Source of the DNA: Trichoplax adhaerens
Taxonomy: Eukaryota > Animalia > Placozoa
Reading direction: 5' to 3'
Assembly: GCF_000150275.1 (NCBI RefSeq)
Contig: NW_002060948.1
Coordinates: forward strand, 953,983-1,017,982
DNA: 64,000 nt
Part shown: piece by piece, positions 14,545-26,408 of the stretch
How the letters are laid out: every line of letters starts with the position of its first letter
Numbering within the stretch: position 1 is the first letter of the stretch
Notes under the pieces: generated by a model
Seen by the model: the letters and a program-made list of their open reading frames with translations, nothing else
What the model was told of the DNA's origin: nothing
Database searches by the model: none
Translations under genes and position numbers: made by a program

Positions 14545-17076
14545 ATGATCCAGATTAGTATCAGTGAAATTCAAGCTAAATTAATAGAAGGCTATGGACT
14601 AATAAAAGATGCAAAGGGTAAAGATTTAGTACTGGTGATCGGTAATACCGGTGTGGGTAAAAGCACCTTTCTGAATTATATGCTAGGGTACAAAATGTAC
14701 CAAAATGAAGAATCTGATACGGTGGAGACGGTAGAGAGAGAGTGTCCCGCACATATTGGGCATAATATGCATTCACAAACTTTGTATACACATCCGATTA
14801 CAGATAAAAATTATCCTTGGGTTTTTACCGACTGTCCGGGATTTCTGGATAATAGAATGACCAATGATACGATTGTGACTTCCATTAGCATGGAATTAAC
14901 TATTCGCATTGCAAAACAAGTCAAGGGGATTGTTATACTGATGGATGCGACTGAGTTTTTAAGTAGTAGATTGACTGCTTTGGGTCCGTTGATGAAGATA
15001 TTGATTAAATTATTTCGAGATCCAGTTGAAATGTTAAAGTATTCTGTAATTGGTGTGACAAAACTAGATCAAATAAAGGGAGGAAAAACGAGGGCTAAGA
15101 AAATAACGTTACAAGGTTTGAATAAAATTAAAGAAGAATGTCGTAGAAGAATAAAAACTCTTGAGACAGAGAAGAGAGAAAGAGATGGAACAGATTTGAT
15201 TATCAGTGAATATAAAGTGATGGAAGAGTTTACTAGTGCAGTACTTGGTCGTAAAGATGATATCATGTTTATTGATATTCTTGATGATGGTGATTCAAAA
15301 CAGCTCGTAACCGATCGTATTTGTGCCATTAGATCGAGAACTGAAGCTCAAACTGATCAGTTACCACATGATACTTCTCCACCTCCAATATCAACATCTA
15401 CTAGTAATGCTCAACAAGATGCACTGCCGTTACCGCTAATTACGATCGCAGACTTCAATTTTGAAGATTATGATATCAATAGAACAAGCTTTAATAAAGC
15501 AATTTACGATTTGGCTGGTGAAGGTAATCAGCTAATCGGTGCAATTACAGGAGTTACAGATCAGCTTAAACGTGCGATTGATTTGTGGAATGATAACAAA
15601 AAGAGAATGACGTCGATGAAAAGATTGAGATCGGAGTTGGACAGTTATGTTTCTGCTTCTGAAGTCCCAACAAAATTAATAAACACTTGGTCAGAAATGC
15701 TTGAAGAAAATGAACAATCTATCCAGTCTGAAAAAAGAAAGATGCAGTCTGTTAATGACCAGTTAAAAAAATTTAAACAAGAATTGAATGAAATTAATAC
15801 TGATAAGCCCGTGATATTTGCTGAAAAGAAGTATATCAAAAAGGAGCAATATTGGACCTATCATGAAGTCCTTTTTGATTTTGATACTGAAGATGAACGG
15901 ACACCAATTGTTGATATCGATCAACGAATAGGTAGTGGTCGCTGGTGCAGTACAACAGATGAAAGGCGGAGAGGCCGATATAAAACGTGGTATCAATCTG
16001 GCTGGTGGAAAAGTGGGGATGCTACTATGACGGTTTATATTGCTTCTAAGCATGATACAGGTAATCGTAGACGTATTAAAGATCTTCGAGTAGAAATTAG
16101 TCGATGCAAAGAGTCTTTCGACGAGTTAAATGATAACGTGCTTGAGCTTAAGAAATCTAAGGAACGCATTTCATCCAATATAACATCCGTGAAAAATGTA
16201 GTCCAGGAAGAAGTAGAGAAAGATCGCACAAATAAACTACGGCAGTGTGATGGAGATATCGAGCAATTGTCTGCGCGGATGGCAGAAAATCGGAGACGTA
16301 TGGAAAAGAGTAAAGCAAAAGGTTTAGAATTACTGGAAAATTTTTACGGTGATTCTGATACTTTGAAAATGCCTGAAAAATTTGAGATTGTGCAAAGTAT
16401 CAACGAGTTGCTACGGTTTCCGAGCACTTTGGTATACAAATTTATTAAGCGCTATAAAACCTTTAAAGCGAACTTTGATGCAACTAGAAGATATTTTCAG
16501 TTAGACTTAAATGAAACGGATTTGAGTCAACTTTCTCAGGATAATACAGCAGATGAGTTAGACGATGGTGCTATTAACAAAAAAGATCCCATAACTGGTA
16601 AATGGATTAGGACACTGGTGGTAACGAAGGCAGGAACAGGATTTGAATTATCTTCATTAATGGAGCAATTTCCTATGAATAGCGTAGGCAGTGTGTTTGA
16701 GTTTACTCATCCAACGACTGGTAAAAAAGAGCGTATTCTTTACGGTGATTGGGCCCAACTGAATGAATCAGCTTCGCCTACATCCACTGAGGAAGAACAG
16801 ATTTCTCAAGTGGATCAAGTGCTTAGTATGTCATCGAATGATCCACAAGAACTCAACAGATTAAAACAAAGCGTAGAGGAAGAGATAGAAATGTTAACGA
16901 AAATTATTCAAGAGCGAGAAGAAGAACTTTTTACGAAGCAACGTCAGCTAGATAAAATCATTGAGCGCCTTAAAAGGTTTACAACAGATGAAACAACAGA
17001 AGATATTAGTTCTATGGAGGATAGTTTTGTCCAACTTGATATTACAGAGGTTTCTTCTGTTCCTACTGGTGTCTAA
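14545..17076 (+). CDS. Intronless GTPase / coiled-coil / U-box-like protein, subfamily A, copy A1
   Basis: Uninterrupted ORF; the first ATG (MIQISI) is at 14545 and aligns with the paralog starts. G1 GNTGVGKST, G2 SQT, G3 DCPG, G4 TKLD; heptad-rich segments; KDPITGKWIRTLVVTKAGTGFE; acidic tail SSMEDSFVQL. Confidence 0.9.
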   Translation: MIQISISEIQAKLIEGYGLIKDAKGKDLVLVIGNTGVGKSTFLNYMLGYKMYQNEESDTVETVERECPAHIGHNMHSQTLYTHPITDKNYPWVFTDCPGFLDNRMTNDTIVTSISMELTIRIAKQVKGIVILMDATEFLSSRLTALGPLMKILIKLFRDPVEMLKYSVIGVTKLDQIKGGKTRAKKITLQGLNKIKEECRRRIKTLETEKRERDGTDLIISEYKVMEEFTSAVLGRKDDIMFIDILDDGDSKQLVTDRICAIRSRTEAQTDQLPHDTSPPPISTSTSNAQQDALPLPLITIADFNFEDYDINRTSFNKAIYDLAGEGNQLIGAITGVTDQLKRAIDLWNDNKKRMTSMKRLRSELDSYVSASEVPTKLINTWSEMLEENEQSIQSEKRKMQSVNDQLKKFKQELNEINTDKPVIFAEKKYIKKEQYWTYHEVLFDFDTEDERTPIVDIDQRIGSGRWCSTTDERRRGRYKTWYQSGWWKSGDATMTVYIASKHDTGNRRRIKDLRVEISRCKESFDELNDNVLELKKSKERISSNITSVKNVVQEEVEKDRTNKLRQCDGDIEQLSARMAENRRRMEKSKAKGLELLENFYGDSDTLKMPEKFEIVQSINELLRFPSTLVYKFIKRYKTFKANFDATRRYFQLDLNETDLSQLSQDNTADELDDGAINKKDPITGKWIRTLVVTKAGTGFELSSLMEQFPMNSVGSVFEFTHPTTGKKERILYGDWAQLNESASPTSTEEEQISQVDQVLSMSSNDPQELNRLKQSVEEEIEMLTKIIQEREEELFTKQRQLDKIIERLKRFTTDETTEDISSMEDSFVQLDITEVSSVPTGV

Positions 17077-18009
17077 ACTCTCTGAATAGTAAATAATCTT
17101 AAGGATGAGAGTAAGTGCCGAACTTGTGTATTTCTAGATAAATTGGGAGTGAGTATCCCTAAATCATTGCTCTTGTTCAGAAAAGCTACACGTTGCAGTG
17201 GTCTATTATGTACTGTAAGTAAGAATACAGTAACCTGTTGTACTGCACCTAATGTGTCGTGATAAGATAAGGTAATGAATTACTAAGATAAAGGCATAAG
17301 ACGGTATTATAGCTATGCCATTTAAACGCAGTAAATCCTAAATAAAAAGTGATTTCTAGTAAGCCTACTAGGTGAAGTGTGTCAAAGTCCCTCGTGCAAA
17401 CGTTAACAGCTAAACGTGGAAACATAACGTGGTCTACAGGTTACGTATTTTTAGTAAGTCTATACTAATAGTATTGTATAATACAGTTTTATATGTAGCA
17501 TATTATCTTATGGTGCATTATGAATAGACTGCAAAAGAAATTGTTGGCGAATGCTACGAAGAATAGTGACTATACAGACAGCAGGAGCTATTAGTGCTTT
17601 GGAGTAATAAAGTTCCCTATTTCTATAATAAAAAGGGTGTTTGTATTTCCTGTGAGAACTCTTTTAGAGATCCTAGTATTATCATATGAAATAGTGAGCT
17701 ATGTTACGTCATGATACAGTATTAGATTAAAATTGTAATTCGAAATAGCGATAGAAAGTAAATTTCTGAAACTTAAGTGCGGCTCAGCAAACTTCCGTGT
17801 TTGTCATATCGAATAACAAGATAGAATGTAAATATACAATTAACAACAGCAGGAAACTAATGTATACTCGTACTGTACTGTATATACAACCTCACAAGAT
17901 CTACTCATTTTAACTAGTTTACGGCAACAATTGTAAACAGATTAACTTCGCTAATTAAGTGACCTAAACGGGGGAAAAAAACGGTTTTCCCTTGCATCTA
18001 TTGGGTGAT

Positions 18010-18446
18010 CTATGGAACTATATGTAATTCGTATAGTTTCCCACTGCATAAACTAGTGATTTCCATTAAAATTACAATACCCTTAACCTGACGGGTATTT
18101 CGAACCGCCAATTTAGTGCTAATAGCAGCCACAACAGAATTCTCATATGATGTGTATACTGGAAAACTTGATAAATCTGCAAAAACCCAAGGATAGTACT
18201 TACTTACAATCGGTTTAGCAAATAAAGTTTCTATTCCATGACCGATCTGAATAGTAGCAGGGCCCATAATATCTATAATCCCGAAATCGCTCTTTAGCAT
18301 TTCATGGCCTAACATGTAATTGAGAAAAGGATTTTTACCCATGTCGGCATGACCAATTGTCAACACCAAATCTTAATCTTTTGCCTGTCGTATATACTCT
18401 CAAAACCATCTTGTAACTTCTTTTGAATATTACTGATAATCGTCAT
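18010..18446 (-). pseudogene. Inverted copy of the decayed B-like GTPase relic
   Basis: Near-identical to 13481-13917, with the same frameshift and degenerate P-loop. Confidence 0.85.
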
Positions 18447-18763
18447 TACTATTTCTTGATACGCGTACACAGTTCTACTTAAGAAGGTCCGAAAAGTAAA
18501 ATACTTACAGTACTTTCAAAGAGAAAAGTGAAGGGGCACTTGGCCAAACATGTAAATAATATCGTAATTACCTATAAGAGAGTCAAGAAAACTTTCCGTA
18601 TGGCGACTTAAGCTGTAAATTATTGCAATGACTTGGTTATGTATTTACAATTTAATATACCGTTAATTGTTATGAGCCACAACCGTGAATACAGCAACCG
18701 TTTAAGAATAGAAATCTAGAGCACTCATTCACGATAAATTTGTGAAAGTTGGTATGGTACGAC

Positions 18764-19122
18764 TGTCACGTTCTGTAATAGTTACATAATTAGTATGTTA
18801 CCTTCTTTCTATATATGGTTAAATATCACGATGTTATCACGTCAGGCGTATATAGATGTAGTTATGGTACTATATTAAGGTTATCTATATATGTATTCTC
18901 ATGTTGCCATACTTGGCATGATAGTCTATTTGTAATGACTAAACTAGGGAAACCTTTCTGTTAGTGATGATCTTGTGATCTACGTCAGTAGACCAAAGGT
19001 CACAATAAAGAAAGTATATAAACTCTTCATTTTAACAATAAAGTTAGTTCTTCAACTTAATTACTGGGTCTCCTTGCTGAGTGCAGATCTAGTACTTGTT
19101 ACAAAATTTGGAAGTTGTAACA
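18764..19122 (+). mobile_element. Solo LTR, 359 bp, TSD ACGAC
   Basis: Begins TGTCAC and ends TGTAACA, flanked by ACGAC at 18759-18763 and 19123-19127. The duplicated arm has a single GTCGT (the empty site) at about 13164-13168. Internal AATAAA motifs at about 19004 and 19037. Confidence 0.85.
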
Positions 19123-20770
19123 ACGACAAAGCTGACGTTTCTAACGCCCTTTATTATCCTTTATTATACTATAAAAGAGAAGAAGATTTATTCATATGGC
19201 AGCTATACTGTAGAATCAGGGCTGAAGAGAATTAGCAATAAAAAAATTCGCTGTAATATATTATATCAGGGCTCTTGTTCTCACAGCATTGTGTGTGGGT
19301 TTACCTAATTCGAATTAATTAAATAAATTTGTTGCTGTCGTTGAACAGGTACATACGAGCATGACAGTTACAGACTTTCAGGGTAGTTTAGGCATATAAG
19401 GCACAGAGTATTATTATGAATAGTTGAAAATAGGAAATTAGCCAAATCAGGTGAAAGTACGTAAAAATTGGAAAGATTTTACACTATGTTAAGCTTAAGT
19501 CAAGTCAATGTTGACTTAAAGAGGTAAATAACATATTTAAAAGTTTACAAATGAAATTATACCATCAAATTTTTTCTCACAAGATTTTTATTAGAAATTC
19601 AACTGTGAACAACTACGATAATTTAACAATAATCAAATAATGCTGTAGTCGCACATAGATTAATATTATAAGGCTGATAAATGATACCAATTATAAATAG
19701 GAAATAATGCGAGAATAACTACTACGTTAAATAAGTAATACACTGGTAGAATATCTTCCAGAAATTGATAAGGTTAATAAATAGGTTGCTTACCGAAAAT
19801 ACGCGTATCTAATAAGCATCTCCTTTTTATACGCACAATACTAGATCAATAATGATACCGACCGCCTAATGCTATCAGAGCTGATATCGAATTCATTGTA
19901 GCGGTATAACTATGATATGATATGGTTTACAGTAGCCATTGTGGGTTAATTGTTAGAGGTGCAGTAACTCCTTTTAGAAAGTAAAAGTGAAGTCGATGTT
20001 GTAGCTTATTTTGTAGTAATCACTTACCTTTTAGTTAAAATTATGTACTTATCATTTAATAGGATTCTAGCATTATTTGCCATTAAAACCTTATAATGAG
20101 TTCGACTGAAATTTACTCTATTGTGGACCAGTGGGGGCTAATATACCTATCTATTCGTATAAATTACTTGCACTAAGGAAAAGAATATGAATAGTGGGTA
20201 CTTATATAAAAAATTCTACTATCCCTATTATAACCTCTTTTTTCAGATATCATTAGTAATAAAAATCGACTAAATTTTAACAGAATTTGAGTACCGTAAT
20301 GAACTAGTGTTATTATGACAATAATTGTTCATTATAATTGGGAACCAACGGCAACAAAGTTTTGTATCGATATGTTATAGTACTGGCAGCCAAATTGACA
20401 ATATTTAAATGTTAACATCAATGACCCGTATCTTAAGAATTTATTACCATCGTTATTATCTTTGCCCTAATCTTCATCTTTACATCAAATATCCGTAACA
20501 ATTTACTAATTTAAGAACCGTAATGAATTACTAAAATTATTAATATCTACTAGTAAACCTGCCGTTTAAATGTAGTATACAGTACTATTGCAAATTACCC
20601 TGCGAATGATATGCTGTATATGGCTATTATCATATGGATTACTAGATGTTAATTGAGTCATTTTTTACTTATTTCTCGAAAAATTAAACAACAAATTCGA
20701 CATTTCCTGAATGCCAAGCAAGTCTATCAAATAGTAGAAAAATACCTCTAAGAATTAATATATGCTTATT

Positions 20771-21149
20771 NNNNNNNNNNNNNNNNNNNNNNNNNNNNNN
20801 NNNNNNNNNNNNNNNNNNNNNNNNNNNNNNNNNNNNNNNNNNNNNNNNNNNNNNNNNNNNNNNNNNNNNNNNNNNNNNNNNNNNNNNNNNNNNNNNNNNN
20901 NNNNNNNNNNNNNNNNNNNNNNNNNNNNNNNNNNNNNNNNNNNNNNNNNNNNNNNNNNNNNNNNNNNNNNNNNNNNNNNNNNNNNNNNNNNNNNNNNNNN
21001 NNNNNNNNNNNNNNNNNNNNNNNNNNNNNNNNNNNNNNNNNNNNNNNNNNNNNNNNNNNNNNNNNNNNNNNNNNNNNNNNNNNNNNNNNNNNNNNNNNNN
21101 NNNNNNNNNNNNNNNNNNNNNNNNNNNNNNNNNNNNNNNNNNNNNNNNN
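20771..21149. other. Assembly gap
   Basis: Run of N. Confidence 1.
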
Positions 21150-23099
21150 ACGGATCGTAGCATTTTATAAAAACCTGTACTAAAGGAGAGGGAAAGTCTA
21201 ATAACTCAGCGACTTCTTTAATAACTTGAAATTTCACAGGTACTCTAGCGTTATCAGGACTACCTTCGAAGAACGATTTTAACAATTGTGTACCTTTACT
21301 TTTACTTTCTTTTATTAAATTTTGATTTTCTTTAATTCTATTAGAAAGTCGATTAATTTCTTGATCACACTCTGTAATCTTCATTTCCTGATCTTTCGCC
21401 GCCTTAAGTTTCCCATCTCGTATAGATTTAACACTCTGAATCAAGATTTGGTTCGCTTCTTTAAGCTCATTTAAGCTTGCCCGTAATTCTGTTTCTTGAT
21501 TCTGCAGAGATTCTATCTCCTTGTTAATCTCTTTAATCCGTAGTTGATTACCTGTATCTTGCTTGGTTTTAATATAAGCATCTACTTTAGCATAAGCTTC
21601 AGTGAACCATTGAGAAGCATATATTGTTTTATAATAGCCCTTTTTACGTTGATCGACGGTATCGTACCAATCCCCATTTGCTTGATCTTTTTCAATAACC
21701 ATTGGAATCGATTCACTATCAGTTTTAGCCTCAAAGTTTAGTTTATTAAACCAACCTCTCCAAAAAGACCAGTCTTTAGATAGCTGCTCTGAACGAAATA
21801 GTTTAAGTTCATCCGTGTCGATTTTGGCTAACTCTCTATCTAAGGTAACTATACGTGTCTTAATAGTCCGCTTCTCTTCTGATTGCGAATTAATTGTAGT
21901 CCTATTTCGAGCGATGAGTGTCTCTGAGTTTTCTATAGAGCCAGTTGAATCTCCAGAATCATAAAATAAGCGTTGAAGATTTGATTTAAGTTCATTTAGT
22001 GTCATAATTCTAGTCTCACTTTCTTGGCAAGTGTTAATAGCACTCTTAAGTTGATTTGATTGTGTCTTGATAGCTTCTATTAGTTCGTTACCATCATGTG
22101 CGCGATCATAAATAGCCTTATTAAAAAGTATTCTTTGCTCACTGTATGTTTGAAAGTTAAAATCCTTCACAGTAAGACGTTTAACTTTCTCTTGCTTATC
22201 TTTATCATGATCAGAGCTCAAGGGTCCGAAAGACGAGGGAAAAGAACGCACAGCAGAGACTATTTGATTATACAATTTTTTCGATTTATGTGGCCTAATT
22301 CCTTTAATCAGTTCGATAACTCTTTCTCTGGACTGGCCTTCATCTAAGGGTTTAACAAATACTATATCATCTTGCTTTTGAAGTATAGCAGCAACAAAAG
22401 CCTTAATAAATGCAAAATCTTCCGGTGTCGGGGCAGATGCTGAATGTAAATCATCAGCTAAAGGAGATTTACTTCTTTCATACCTATTTTTAAGTATTTC
22501 TAGATTTCCATCACAATTCTTTTCGATTTTTTTAAAGCTTGCAAAATTCTTTGCTTTGTAGTCTCTTCTGTCAGTCCTAGAGAATCTACTTTTGTTATAG
22601 CCACGATGGAATAATTCGCCATATCCATTGGGCTCTTAAAGAGCGAAATTAGTGTCTTCACTAATTGACTTAACTCATTTAGTCTTGCAGAGAGTAAAGT
22701 ATGGACTTCTATTAAAATCACAACAGCCTTAACCTGACGAGCATTTCGAACCGCCAATTCAGTACTAATAGAACTTACGACAGCATCACTTGATATTCTA
22801 TTATCTTGAAATCCGGGACAATCTGTATAAACCCAAGGATAGATCTCGCTGACAAATGGCGTAGCGTATAAAGTTTCTGACTCCATTTCATGGCCGATCT
22901 TAAAGGTGGCAGGCTGCACCGTATCTATATTTCCAGTATTTTGGTCCTGACACATTTTATGCTCTAGCATGTAGTTCAGAAAAGTACTTTTGCCAACGCC
23001 AGTATTACCAATAGCTAACACTAAATCTTTACCTTCGCCCTTCCGAGTATGTTCAAAACCATTTTCTAACTTCTTTAGAATCTCGTTGATGCTCGTCAT
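21150..23099 (-). pseudogene. Copy B2 of the subfamily-B GTPase, with a 1-nt frameshift and its 3' end in the gap
   Basis: ORFs 22500-23099 and 20755-22275 are near-identical to 29646-32168. Near 22535, caagctttaaaaaaatcg replaces caaggttttaaaaaaatcg (-1 nt). This sits beside a homopolymer, so it could be a sequencing error. Confidence 0.75.
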
Positions 23100-24080
23100 C
23101 TTTTATGCGAAACCTTTTACAGTTTACTTCACTTTCTACTGACATTTATTTCTTGCTAGCAATTTTTTAAAAGAAAAAGAAAAATTGCTACCGAGATTAT
23201 TTTCTTTAAATCTACCAAGTTTATTTTTCTTTAATTTAATCTAGTACTGTGTAGATAAGGTGTAGATAAGCCGTAAATATTATTGTACGATGTCTAGGAT
23301 TGCCCACGTTCTATGGCGCGTACACTACAAAGTAACAAGCAGTACTGTACACTGTACTGTACTGTATATCAATATACTGTACAGTACAGACAGTGTACAG
23401 TACTGTATATTTGTAGCCTAACAACTCAGGAATGCCAATTTGGTTTTTATTTCTCTAGATATTCTATACTTTTCCCGTACATTCACATGATGAACTTTTT
23501 TTTTACGGATAGAGACTCGAGACAAGACAAATGATTACGTCATCTGTATTCCTGTACCTGGTTAATAGATAATCCATAATAGGCATACGGGATATCGCTT
23601 TAATTAGGTCGTTTGTCTCACTGGATTATAAAAGTAGGGTGTTTATTACAGTATAACAGTGTAACTGATAAGTATACTCGTAATTATTTTCAATTAAAAC
23701 AAATTACCTCTTACTGAGAACGCATTAATTTCTATTGAAAATTAGAGCTTCTTGTTGAATGAAAAATACATTCAAAGTCTTTTATTACCTAAAGTCGATC
23801 TTGTTTTGATCGAAACAATGTTTGTAGTTATACTCTGTGAAGTGTTCTAAAAAGCGTTATTGTTAATAAGGATTACTTAAGGAAGTGCCGTAAAAATAAA
23901 CAATTGCGATATAAATGCAAAAATAAATTTAGCCTTTATCTTGTCTATTAAGAGTGTCAAAAGTTAATTATCGATATTTTCATGAATTTGATTAGAGATA
24001 TCACATTAGATATTTTATAACCGATTACTTATACGAAAATAGGTAGACCAGTTACACGACACGGTACCTTAATACAGTAT

Positions 24081-24350
24081 TACGTTGTACATACCTATTA
24101 GATTACAATTCATGTTATTTTAGCTATTGCATAGCAAATAATAACAACCATTGATCGCTATCCCTCCCTAAAATAGTTATTGTCCTTCTGATGGTAATGC
24201 ATAATGGCTAAGATAACTCGTGCCGTTGCTGCAGTAAATTTGATATTAGCGATAGCCTACGTCGTCATAGCAATAGCATGGGGCCAATTATTATCCGATA
24301 AATCCTTCTTCTCAATCAGCGGAACTATTGGCTGAAATCCCCATCTTAAT
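24081..24350 (+). pseudogene. Orphan copy of the upstream region and exon 1 of the 7243 membrane gene
   Basis: Direct match to about 7124-7395, with a 2-nt deletion (ttattatccg vs ttattatatccg) and no splice donor. Confidence 0.85.
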
Positions 24351-24670
24351 ACGCTTACGATTACCTGTATCATGCTTAGAAGCAATGTAAACCGTCATAA
24401 TTAGCATAGTAGCGTAATACTATCCTAGTCACTATTCTTCGTGGCATTCGCCAACAATTTCTTTTGCAGTCTATTCATAATGCACCATAAGATAATATGC
24501 TACATATGCAACTGTATTATACAATACTATTAGTATAGATAGTATTGCGCTACATCAGGTAACGTCAGAACATAGCGGTACGATTAGAAGTACGTATCAT
24601 GTATTATCAATAGAATCTTAGGTGAGACTTAGTGAAAGGAATATTTCACCAAACGAAAGGAAAGATCGCA

Positions 24671-26408
24671 ATGATCCAGATTAGTATCAGTGAAATTCAA
24701 GCTAAATTAATAGAAGGCTATGGACTAATAAAAGATGCAAAGGGTAAAGATTTAGTACTGGTGATCGGTAATACCGGTGTGGGTAAAAGCACCTTTCTGA
24801 ATTATATGCTAGGGTACAAAATGTACCAAAATGAAGAATCTGATACGGTGGAGACGGTAGAGAGAGAGTGTCCCGCACATATTGGGCATAATATGCATTC
24901 ACAAACTTTGTATACACATCCGATTGCGGATAAAAATTATCCTTGGGTTTTTACCGACTGTCCGGGATTTCTGGATAATAGAATGACCAATGATACGATT
25001 GTGACTTCCATTAGCATGGAATTAACTATTCGCATTGCAAAACAAGTCAAGGGGATTGTTATACTGATGGATGCGACTGAGTTTTTAAGCAGTAGATTGA
25101 CTGCTTTGGGTCCGTTGATGAAGATATTGATTAAATTATTTCGAGATCCAATTAAAATGTTAAAGTATTCTGTAATTGGTGTGACAAAACTAGATCAAAT
25201 AAAGGGAGGAAAAACGAGGGCTAAGAAAATAACGTTACAAGGTTTGAATAAAATTAAAGAAGAATGTCGTAGAAGAATAAAAACTCTTGAGACAGAGAAG
25301 AGAGAAAGAGATGGAACAGATTTGATTATCAGTGAATATAAAGTGATGGAAGAGTTTACTAGTGCAGTACTTGGTCGTAAAGATGATATCATGTTTATTG
25401 ATATTCTTGATGATGGTGATTCAAAACAGCTCGTAACCGATCGTATTTGTGCCATTAGATCGAGAACTGAAGCTCAAACTGATCAGTTACCATATGATAC
25501 TTCTCCACCTCCAATATCAACATCTACTAGTAATGCTCAACAAGATGCACTGCCGTTACCGCTAATTACGATCGCAGACTTCAATTTTGAAGATTATGAT
25601 ATCAATAGAACAAGCTTTAATAAGGCAATTTACGATTTGGCTGGTGAAGGTAATCAGCTAATCGGTGCAATTACAGGAGCTGTAGATCAGCTTAAACGTG
25701 CGATTGATTTGTGGAATGATAACAAAAAGAGAATGACGTCGATGAAAAGATTGAGATCGGAGTTGGACAGTTATATTTCTGCTTCTGAAGTCCCAACAAA
25801 ATTAATAAACACTTGGTCAGAAATGCTTGAAGAAAATGAACAATCTATCCAGTCTGAAAAAAGAAAGATGCAGTCTGTTAATGATCATTTAAAAAAATTT
25901 AAACAAGAATTGAATGAAATTAATACTGATAAGCCCGTGATATTTGCTGAAAAGAAGTATATCAAAAAGGAGCAATATTGGACCTATCATGAAGTCCTTT
26001 TTGATTTTGATACTGAAGATGAACGGACACCAATTGTTGATATCGATCAACGAATAGGTAATGGTTGCTGGTGCAATACAACAGATGAAAGGCGGAGAGG
26101 CCGATATAAAACGTGGTATCAATCTGACTGGTGGAAAAGGGGATGCTACTATGACGGTTTACATTGCTTCTAAGCATGATACAGGTAATCGTAGGCGTAT
26201 TCAAGATCTTCGAGAAGAAATTAGTCGATGCAAAGAGTCTTTCGACGAGTTAAATGATAACGTGCTTGAGCTTAAGAAATCTAAGGAACGCATTTCATCC
26301 AATATAACATCCGTGAAAAATGTAGTCCAGGAAGAAGTAGAGAAAGATCGCACAAATAAACTACGGCAGTGTGATGGAGATATTGACCAATTGTCTGCGC
26401 GGATGGCA
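24671..26408 (+). pseudogene. Copy A2 of the subfamily-A GTPase, with a 2-nt frameshift and its 3' end in the gap
   Basis: Near-identical to A1. At about 26139, tggaaaaggggatgct replaces tggaaaagtggggatgct; homology continues in another frame (ORF 26061) up to the gap. Confidence 0.78.

Larger units (their letters stand above)
17698..19389 (-). repeat. Inverted segmental duplication, arm 2 (partner 12902-14450)
   Basis: Reverse complement of 12902-14450, lacking about 14072-14215 and carrying a 359-bp insertion at 18764-19122. Confidence 0.92.
19400..23235 (-). repeat. Inverted duplication of 29525-33725 (gene B plus its 3' flank)
   Basis: 19400-20770 matches the reverse complement of 33725-32383, and 21150-23235 matches 31596-29525. 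Confidence 0.92.

Noticed and set aside
14576-16229. Antisense ORFs repeated in A1/A2 and B1/B2
   Set aside because: They are shadows of the sense ORFs, conserved only because the DNA is recently duplicated.
14545-17076. Assigning the family to GBP, GIMAP/AIG1, IFI44, septin or dynamin
   Set aside because: The G motifs show a TRAFAC GTPase, but I cannot place the subfamily by eye, so no gene symbol is given.
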